From positions 124,001-188,000 of the IMG/VR virus record IMGVR_UViG_3300008113_000003: a DNA stretch of 64,000 nucleotides. One strand, 5' to 3'. Each line of letters begins with the position of its first letter. Within the stretch, counting starts at the first letter, position 1. The position numbers and the translations under genes were made by a program. The notes under the pieces are model-generated. The model worked only from the letters and a program-made list of their open reading frames with translations, had not been told where the DNA came from and made no database searches. Shown here piece after piece: positions 57,376-64,000 of this stretch.

Positions 57376-58512
57376 ATGAGAAAATCAGGACTACAATTGG
57401 GTGATTACCCAAACTACATCGCTAAATCAACGGTTGATAAACTATCTAAGCGAACTCACCCATTGGCTAAAATGCCATACTATGACCAATCTACTCATCC
57501 AGAAACGTGGAGAGAAGAAGTTATTGCATCAGATCGTTATAAAGAATTGGTTGATTCTTATTGTAACACATTTGGTATGGACAAATCCCAGTTAAACCCA
57601 ATGGATGTTATGATGTCCGCTGGCTCAGCTAATTATATTGCTGTTAGTAAAGAAAATGGTAAGAGACCAGCGCTTTGCAATTTAGCCGAAAAAATCATTA
57701 GAGATGAATGGTTTATTGGTAAAGATGAGGTTATTTTTGACCTTGAGATACTAGAACCAGGTAAAATTAAACTACCTGAAAACATGAGTATGGAATCACC
57801 TTTAAACGAAGAAGAGAAAGAGGAGATTGAAAATGAGATGGGTGATGAGGTTGTGAAAAGAAGAACAATTAATGCGCTTGCACAAGGTGCTTCATTAAGG
57901 GGTCATTACTTATTCCATTTATATCGTACTGAAATTGAAGAAATTGTACCCGATATTACAAGCTATTACCAAAAAGCTTTAATTGCAAATGATTTATTTT
58001 ATTACTTGATTAGTGACGAAATGTTCCAAAAGCAAATTGAGGCTGACGATTCAAATAACGCTGGTTACGTTAAGCTTGACTTTAGCGGAGAAATACCTAA
58101 AATTATAGCAAAAGCGATTAATTTGCCGATATTAATCCATGAAATGATAAAAGGTATTATCTCTTTGTTATCTGTAGCTGGTTTACCAGAAGAAGATGCG
58201 GATAAAGTGATTGAATATACTGATACTATCATTGCTGAATTGTGGGATATTCGTTTATTTCCTGTTGTATGGGCTAATTTTCACGCTTTAATTGATGACG
58301 AAGATTATGACATTAAAAAATTAATCTTAATTGATCTCTTTAAACGAGATGCTGAAGATTTTATTGATTTTATGTCATTGTTGGAACATCGACCTGATTA
58401 TGCAAGAAAAGAGATAAAAGATATTGTTAAGGAAAAAAGAATGGAAATTATGGAATATAATTTTATTAAAGATGACCTTGATAATCTTGATTTAAGCGAT
58501 TTAGGACTATAA
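57376..58512 (+). CDS. Hypothetical protein (378 aa)
   Basis: ORF track; has its own promoter. Confidence 0.8.
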   Translation: MRKSGLQLGDYPNYIAKSTVDKLSKRTHPLAKMPYYDQSTHPETWREEVIASDRYKELVDSYCNTFGMDKSQLNPMDVMMSAGSANYIAVSKENGKRPALCNLAEKIIRDEWFIGKDEVIFDLEILEPGKIKLPENMSMESPLNEEEKEEIENEMGDEVVKRRTINALAQGASLRGHYLFHLYRTEIEEIVPDITSYYQKALIANDLFYYLISDEMFQKQIEADDSNNAGYVKLDFSGEIPKIIAKAINLPILIHEMIKGIISLLSVAGLPEEDADKVIEYTDTIIAELWDIRLFPVVWANFHALIDDEDYDIKKLILIDLFKRDAEDFIDFMSLLEHRPDYARKEIKDIVKEKRMEIMEYNFIKDDLDNLDLSDLGL

Positions 58513-58540
58513 TAAACTATTTATATGGAAACAATAGGCC

Positions 58541-60349
58541 TTGGCAAAACAAATTACCGATAAAAAAGAATTACTTTTAGAGTTCGCAAAATGTTCTCAA
58601 GACCCTTGCTATGTCATAGAAAGTTATTTTGAAACTTTTGATAAGACTAGAGAGGGTTATGTACCTTTCGAACTTTTTGATGGTCAAAAAAAGCTTGTTT
58701 CCAATTATAGAAAACATAGGTTTAACCTAGTTCTAAAATATCGCCAGGCTGGTATCTCAACAGTAACAGCGGCATATTCTGCTGTACTTACAGCTTTTGC
58801 TAGCCCAGATCGACCTGAAAAAGTTTTGATCTTAGCAAACAAGCAGGAAACAGCAATTGAATTCCAAAACAAAATCATTAACTTTATTAAACAATTACCT
58901 GACTGGGTAAATGTTTCGTTTGATAAATCATCACAAAAACACGTTAGATTATCTAACGGTTCAGAAATTAAAGCCGTTGCAACATCACAAGATGCTTTGC
59001 GTGGTTATACACCTACTGTCCTATTAATTGATGAGGCTGCCTTCGTTGAAGGTGGACAAGAACTATGGACAGCGTGTTTGGCTTCAATTGGTACTGGTGG
59101 TAAAGCTGTATTAATTTCAACACCTAACGGTTTAGATCCTATCTACTACGCCTCATATGAAGGTGCTATTAAAGGTGATAATAGTTTCTGTGTAACACAC
59201 TTAAAATGGTGGCAAGATCCACGATTCAACAAAGATTTACGTTTAATTAAAACTAAAGATATTGTAGACTGGATTCAAAAACCAAATACAGAAAAACACG
59301 AAGAGGTTGTTGAATCTGTAATCGATCTACACCCTGATGTTATAGCTAAATTTATTAGCGATGGCTATAAACCACACTCTACATGGTATGAAAACATGTG
59401 TAGAGACATGAACTTTAACAAACGTATGATCAACCAGGAGTTGGAATGTGCGTTTATTGGTTCTGGTGATAACGTTATTGAGGGTGAGGTAATTAGAAAA
59501 CAAGAACAAGAGAATGTTATTGACCCAATTGTTAAAGACAAAGCTTGGGATAGTAATTTATGGATATGGAAACTACCTGAAAAGGGTCATAGGTATATCT
59601 TAGCACTTGACGTATCTCGTGGTGACTCTGAGGATGCCACTGGTATGTGTATTATTGATTATGATACATTCGAACAGGTTTTAGAGTATCATGGTAAAGT
59701 TCCACCAGACGTTGCAGCGCTAATAGTTGATCAGTATGGAAGAATGTACGATGCGTTATCAACTTTTGATATCACTGGTGGTATGGGCATAGCGTCAACA
59801 CAAAAACTTAAAGAACTAGGGTTCCCTAAAAAACTATTACACTATGATAATGATGGTGATAGTAACAGCATGTATTACATGCCAGATGAAAATGCTATAC
59901 CAGGTATAAATTTTGCGTCTAAAAATAGAAGAAGTCAAATTGTGGCGGCTTTAGAAGAAGCTGTTGCTAGAGGTGGCTTTAAAATACGTAGCGAAAGATT
60001 GACAGCTGAGCTAAAAAAATTCGTTTATAAAAACGGTAAACCAGACCACATGAAGGGCTCACATGATGACCTTATCATGGCTCTTGGTATGTGTTTGTTT
60101 GTTGCCAATACATCATTTAAAAGATTACAAGAATCTGATAATATGACTAGGGCTATGTTAGATAGTTGGAAAATAACAACTAGTAACACAAAAACAGATG
60201 CAGACTATTTATTAAAAGACGTGACTAGTTCACCAAATCCAGATAAATCATATTATAATTCGGATGAATTTGCCACCAATAATAATATGATGAACACAAA
60301 AGAATTTGGTTGGCTATTTGGCGTAACTAAACCTAAACCTAATAATTAA
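58541..60349 (+). CDS. terL: Terminase large subunit (T4 gp17-like), TTG start (602 aa)
   Basis: KYRQAGIST (Walker A), LLIDEAAFV (Walker B), ISTPNG, nuclease LALDVSRG and HDDLIMAL. Confidence 0.93.
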   Translation: MAKQITDKKELLLEFAKCSQDPCYVIESYFETFDKTREGYVPFELFDGQKKLVSNYRKHRFNLVLKYRQAGISTVTAAYSAVLTAFASPDRPEKVLILANKQETAIEFQNKIINFIKQLPDWVNVSFDKSSQKHVRLSNGSEIKAVATSQDALRGYTPTVLLIDEAAFVEGGQELWTACLASIGTGGKAVLISTPNGLDPIYYASYEGAIKGDNSFCVTHLKWWQDPRFNKDLRLIKTKDIVDWIQKPNTEKHEEVVESVIDLHPDVIAKFISDGYKPHSTWYENMCRDMNFNKRMINQELECAFIGSGDNVIEGEVIRKQEQENVIDPIVKDKAWDSNLWIWKLPEKGHRYILALDVSRGDSEDATGMCIIDYDTFEQVLEYHGKVPPDVAALIVDQYGRMYDALSTFDITGGMGIASTQKLKELGFPKKLLHYDNDGDSNSMYYMPDENAIPGINFASKNRRSQIVAALEEAVARGGFKIRSERLTAELKKFVYKNGKPDHMKGSHDDLIMALGMCLFVANTSFKRLQESDNMTRAMLDSWKITTSNTKTDADYLLKDVTSSPNPDKSYYNSDEFATNNNMMNTKEFGWLFGVTKPKPNN

Positions 60350-60364
60350 AAACAATTAAACAAA

Positions 60365-60604
60365 ATGGCAAACATAATTAAACAAGGTAGAAGCACTGGT
60401 CCTGGATCAACATCAATCGTTAGAGGTATTGACCCAAAAAATTTAGATAAAAGAGATGGTAGAGCGTTGCAAAGAAATGTTGACGCTATCAAATGTTCTA
60501 TAGAATCTGATGGTACAACAACTTATGTGCAAAAAAAAGAATGGGATGAAGCTGTAGAAAACTACAAGTTTCCACCATATGTAGAATGTGAATACGTAAA
60601 TTAA
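60365..60604 (+). CDS. Hypothetical protein (79 aa)
   Basis: ORF between terminase and portal. Confidence 0.65.
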   Translation: MANIIKQGRSTGPGSTSIVRGIDPKNLDKRDGRALQRNVDAIKCSIESDGTTTYVQKKEWDEAVENYKFPPYVECEYVN

Positions 60605-60610
60605 AAATAT

Positions 60611-62467
60611 ATGGCAGATAATAGATTAACAATATTCCAAAGGTTAAATAAGGTTCTTGGCAATGAAGTCGATGGGCCAAAATATGTCATTGACCCTAGT
60701 TCGTTTAATGGGTTAAGTGGTGACGATTTGGAACAAAAAAAGTTAGAGGCGCAACAAACGCTATATCTACAAAATCAATGGAAAAAAATTGATAATGAGC
60801 TTTATCAAAAAGCTGTTTATTACGAACCAACAAGAATTGCATCGTATTATGATTACGAAGCTATGGAATATACGCCAGAAATTTCTGTTGCATTGGATAT
60901 TTTTGCTGAAGAGGCTACAACAGCAAATGAAAACGGTAAAGTTTTAACAATTTATTCTGATAGTACCAGAATAAAAAAAGAATTAACAGATTTATTTGAA
61001 AATGTGTTAGATATTAACGCTAACCTAACATCTTGGGCTAGAAACGTATGTAAATATGGTGATAACTTTGTTTACAACAAGATTGTACCTAACCAAGGTA
61101 TCGTGGGTGTTACCCAATTACCAAATATTGAAATGACAAGATCTGAACCTGGTTTTTCAAAGATTACCAGTTTAGATGATCAACAAAAAGAAAAGAACAT
61201 TAAGTTTTTCTGGAAAGATAAAAACGTTGAATTTAATTCATTTGAAATTTCTCACTTTAGATTACTTGGTGATGATAGAAGATTACCTTACGGTACATCA
61301 ATGCTTGAAAAAGTAAGAAGAATTTGGAAACAATTGTTGTTATCTGAAGATGCGATGTTAGTTTATCGTGTTACCAGAGCACCAGAAAGACGTGTTTACA
61401 AAGTATTCGTTGGTAACATGGATGATAAAGATGTTGATGCTTATGTTGACAAAATCGCAAATAACTTTAAAAGAGTTAATATGGTTGATAAGAGCAACGG
61501 ACAACAAGACACACGTTATAACGCACTAGCTGTTGACCAAGACTACTTTATACCTGTTAGAGACCCAAGCCTTGCAATGCCAATTGAAACGCTTCCTGGG
61601 GCTCAAAACCTATCAGAAATAGCCGATATCGAATATATCCAAAAGAAAATGCTTGCCGCACTTAGAGTACCTAAAGCTTTTATTGGTTTTGAAGAAACTA
61701 CTGGTGACGGTAAAAACTTGGCCATTCTTGATGTTCGTTTTGCAAGAGCGGTACATAGGATACAAAAAGCTCTTATCCAAGAGTTAAATAAAATGGCTAT
61801 TATCCATTTATACACCAAAGGATTTACTGATGATTTGGAAAACTTTACATTAACGTTAACAAGCCCATCAACACAGGCTGAAATGCTTAAGATCCAAAAC
61901 TGGAAAGAGAAAGTTACTTTATATCGTGATGCGGTTTCTGACGCTGGTAACGGATTCTCAGCTATGTCAATGACTTATGCTAAGAAAGAAATCTTAAATA
62001 TGAGCGATGATGAGATTAAACTTGATATCCAAAGACAAGCTGTTGAAAAAGCTGGTGGTGAGGAAATTAAAGCTCTTGGTGAAACGATTAAACAAACTGG
62101 TATATTCAGAGACATTTATAAGATTTATAAAATTGACCCTAACAACATGACGCTTGGTGCTTCTGGAACTGGTAGTGATATGGGTGCTGCTGGTGGTGGC
62201 GGTGGTGGTAGTATGTCTGACATGGGTGGTGGTGATACCGCTGGTGGAACCGATTTTACAGCACCATTGGAAGTTCCTGGGGCTGAAGCTGGAGCTGAAA
62301 TACCTGGTCCTGAAACAGGTGGTGAAACACCCGAAGCTGGAGCTGAAATACCTGGTACTGAGGAACCTTTGGCTGAAATAACCAAAAGAAAATTAGAGGC
62401 TAAAAATAGATTAATCAACGAAGCTCTTAAAAAAACAATTGACGAAATTGATGATTTATTAGTATAA
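60611..62467 (+). CDS. Portal protein (T4 gp20-like) (618 aa)
   Basis: YEAMEYTPEISVALDIFAEE, YRVTRAPERRVYKV.VGNM, DYFIPVR, IETLPGAQNLSEIADIEY..KKMLAALRVP. Confidence 0.93.
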   Translation: MADNRLTIFQRLNKVLGNEVDGPKYVIDPSSFNGLSGDDLEQKKLEAQQTLYLQNQWKKIDNELYQKAVYYEPTRIASYYDYEAMEYTPEISVALDIFAEEATTANENGKVLTIYSDSTRIKKELTDLFENVLDINANLTSWARNVCKYGDNFVYNKIVPNQGIVGVTQLPNIEMTRSEPGFSKITSLDDQQKEKNIKFFWKDKNVEFNSFEISHFRLLGDDRRLPYGTSMLEKVRRIWKQLLLSEDAMLVYRVTRAPERRVYKVFVGNMDDKDVDAYVDKIANNFKRVNMVDKSNGQQDTRYNALAVDQDYFIPVRDPSLAMPIETLPGAQNLSEIADIEYIQKKMLAALRVPKAFIGFEETTGDGKNLAILDVRFARAVHRIQKALIQELNKMAIIHLYTKGFTDDLENFTLTLTSPSTQAEMLKIQNWKEKVTLYRDAVSDAGNGFSAMSMTYAKKEILNMSDDEIKLDIQRQAVEKAGGEEIKALGETIKQTGIFRDIYKIYKIDPNNMTLGASGTGSDMGAAGGGGGGSMSDMGGGDTAGGTDFTAPLEVPGAEAGAEIPGPETGGETPEAGAEIPGTEEPLAEITKRKLEAKNRLINEALKKTIDEIDDLLV

Positions 62468-62480
62468 TAAAAAAATAACG

Positions 62481-62490
62481 GATATTTATA
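62481..62490 (+). promoter_or_regulatory. Putative phage late promoter GATATTTATA
   Basis: Exact motif 16 nt upstream of ATG 62507. Confidence 0.65.
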
Positions 62491-62506
62491 TAAAAATATT
62501 AAACAA

Positions 62507-63220
62507 ATGTTTGGACAATTAAAAGAAAGTATTCTTTCAGATTTAGAAAAAACTTACCAAGAAAAGGGTGAAAAAGATTTTAAAAAATCTTTTGCTAAGT
62601 ATGTTAAAGTATTAAAAGAAAATAATGTGTTGAGAGAATTTAATGAGGTTTACAACTTATTAAATACAATGAGATTTGAAAACGAAGATATAGCAAAAGA
62701 GTTTGTTGAAGAATCAATTGCACACTTAAAATCTTTTGATTTAACAAAAGTTGATGCGTTAAAAACTTTAACCGAAAATATTACCATTGTTAATAATGTT
62801 GTTAATGAGAGCATCGACCAATTAATCTTTAATAAAAAATTATCGCTTATTGATAAGGTTAAATATAAAACAAACTTAATTAAGCATTTAACTAGAGTTG
62901 ATGAGAATATTGTTTCAATAAAAGAATCAATTGACAAGATCAATGAAAGTTTATCTGATAAAATTTCAAAATTAAATGAGGAGCAAGTTAAAGTTTTAAA
63001 TTTATTCGCTGAAAACGATGAATCGGCTATTAATAGCTATTACGCAACATTGATCGAAAGCACACAAAACGTGGTTGAGGAAACAATAAATAAATCTGAT
63101 GATATTATTGTTGTTAAAAAACTGTTAGAAGTCAGATCAAAGTTAAATGAGATGAAAAATCAAAAACCATCTTTAGATGTTATTGATAATGTTCTTGATT
63201 TAAAGAAAAGTTTCGAATAA
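62507..63220 (+). CDS. Hypothetical helical protein, head region (237 aa)
   Basis: ORF after the portal; Glu/Lys-rich. Confidence 0.75.
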   Translation: MFGQLKESILSDLEKTYQEKGEKDFKKSFAKYVKVLKENNVLREFNEVYNLLNTMRFENEDIAKEFVEESIAHLKSFDLTKVDALKTLTENITIVNNVVNESIDQLIFNKKLSLIDKVKYKTNLIKHLTRVDENIVSIKESIDKINESLSDKISKLNEEQVKVLNLFAENDESAINSYYATLIESTQNVVEETINKSDDIIVVKKLLEVRSKLNEMKNQKPSLDVIDNVLDLKKSFE

Positions 63221-63244
63221 AAAACACATTTTACCATAAAAAGT

Positions 63245-63275
63245 AAAGCCAGGGTAGCGAATCCTGGCTTTTTTT
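63245..63275 (+). terminator. Rho-independent terminator between convergent genes
   Basis: AAAGCCAGG...CCTGGCTTT stem followed by a T run. Confidence 0.8.
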
Positions 63276-63322
63276 GTTCCATAACTGGAACGGTCCTAAA
63301 ACACCGCTTATAGCGGAATATC

Positions 63323-63634
63323 TTATTTGGTTTCCTCAACCGTAGTATCAACCTCATTAGCCGAAGCTTCAGCATTTGATTTTGCTATTGATACTTTGTG
63401 ACCCGTATAGTTTTTATAACCGATTAAAGCAGCGCCAATCATGGTAAAAGCCACCGCTTGGTTAATTACGTCCATACTTTTGTCAATGAACATTTTATCA
63501 ATCACCCCCAATAAGAATGATAAGCAGCCAATCATAACGATGATAAAGCCTGATGTTGATGTTACAGATGTTTTTCCGTCTGGGTTCGATGTCATTTCAC
63601 CGAAAGACCATTTTTTGATGTCTCCTATTTTCAT
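63323..63634 (-). CDS. Small two-TM membrane protein, holin/antiholin-like (103 aa)
   Basis: Hydrophobic helices GFIIVMIGCLSFLLGVI and AVAFTMIGAALIGY; GATATTTATA 16 nt upstream. Confidence 0.6.
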   Translation of the reverse strand: MKIGDIKKWSFGEMTSNPDGKTSVTSTSGFIIVMIGCLSFLLGVIDKMFIDKSMDVINQAVAFTMIGAALIGYKNYTGHKVSIAKSNAEASANEVDTTVEETK

Positions 63635-63650
63635 AATATGTGTGTTTAAT

Positions 63651-63660
63651 TATAAATATC
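63651..63660 (-). promoter_or_regulatory. Putative phage late promoter GATATTTATA
   Basis: Plus strand TATAAATATC; 16 nt upstream of the start at 63634. Confidence 0.6.
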
Positions 63661-63740
63661 TGAAATTTGCTTTAATGAACATTTTTTCTTATTATTATAA
63701 TAAGAAAAAAATAAAATATACTAAAACATGAAGAAACAAA

Positions 63741-64000
63741 ATGCAATGCAAATTTGGGAAAGAAAAGAAACTCTTTACAGACGAGAGATTTCGAGTTAAA
63801 TACGGTACAATTGATGCTGTTAAATTAAACGCTGTGTATCTAAATGTTGAATCATGGGTCCAACCCAAAGAGATAGACAACTACGATTCATACATTAGAA
63901 TAATGAGAAGACAGATTATTGTCAAAATAAAGGATAATATTGACGTAACAACGTTTAACGAAAATTTTATTGTTGATCTAGACTTAAGAGCATCTGGTAT
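63741..64000 (+). CDS. Hypothetical protein, truncated by the window end
   Basis: Manual translation MQCKFGKEKKLFTDERFRVKYGTIDAVKLNAVYLNVESWVQPK...IVDLDLRASG; open to position 64000. Confidence 0.65.
   Translation, partial: MQCKFGKEKKLFTDERFRVKYGTIDAVKLNAVYLNVESWVQPKEIDNYDSYIRIMRRQIIVKIKDNIDVTTFNENFIVDLDLRASG

Noticed and set aside
63276-63322. tRNA or structured ncRNA from the small hairpins (TTCC/GGAA, CCGCT/AGCGG) next to the terminator
   Set aside because: Too short, no cloverleaf, T-loop or CCA; likely 3' UTR structure
1-64000. Stop-codon reassignment (genetic code 15 or 4), as in some large Bacteroidota phages
   Set aside because: Core genes (PolB, TerL, portal, sheath) are full length under the standard code, and coding density is high

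Overview
64 kb segment of a large, AT-rich (roughly 30% GC, estimated by eye) lytic tailed dsDNA phage with T4-like myovirus modules. No tRNA, rRNA, CRISPR array, integrase or IS element is visible. Positions 1-27.1 kb are a minus-strand tail/baseplate region: neck and tail-completion proteins, sheath, tube, tail chaperone(s), two paralogous tape-measure-like genes, a 2921-aa repeat-containing baseplate protein, a gp53-like wedge protein and hub-like proteins. Positions 27.2-64 kb are mostly plus strand: SNF2 helicase, neck protein, family-B DNA polymerase, a late operon (WYL-like protein, holin, DUF397-like protein), a ~10 kb glycosyltransferase cluster with dUTPase, KdsC-like phosphatase and PhoH, a gp55-like sigma factor, a gp5-like protein, terminase large subunit and portal. 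TTTG-N19/20-TAnnTTTG promoters and A-rich starts without Shine-Dalgarno sites suggest a Bacteroidota host (inference). The best lead is a complete ~116-aa standalone-type domain (FVFGDN...GGQA...GIGTGLA; DUF7831-like, macrodomain-like) inserted in frame in the proofreading domain of the DNA polymerase. It may be a replisome-tethered DNA de-ADP-ribosylase. Other leads: an OmpA-like domain splitting a tube-initiator fold in the giant protein, nine 58-60-aa tandem repeats in the same protein, twin tape measures, a candidate +1/-2 frameshift in the tail chaperone, a recurring GATATTTATA motif (the reverse complement of the T4 late promoter), and an RgpF/WbsX/KdsC-type glycan cassette. All family assignments come from motif recognition; no database search was run.
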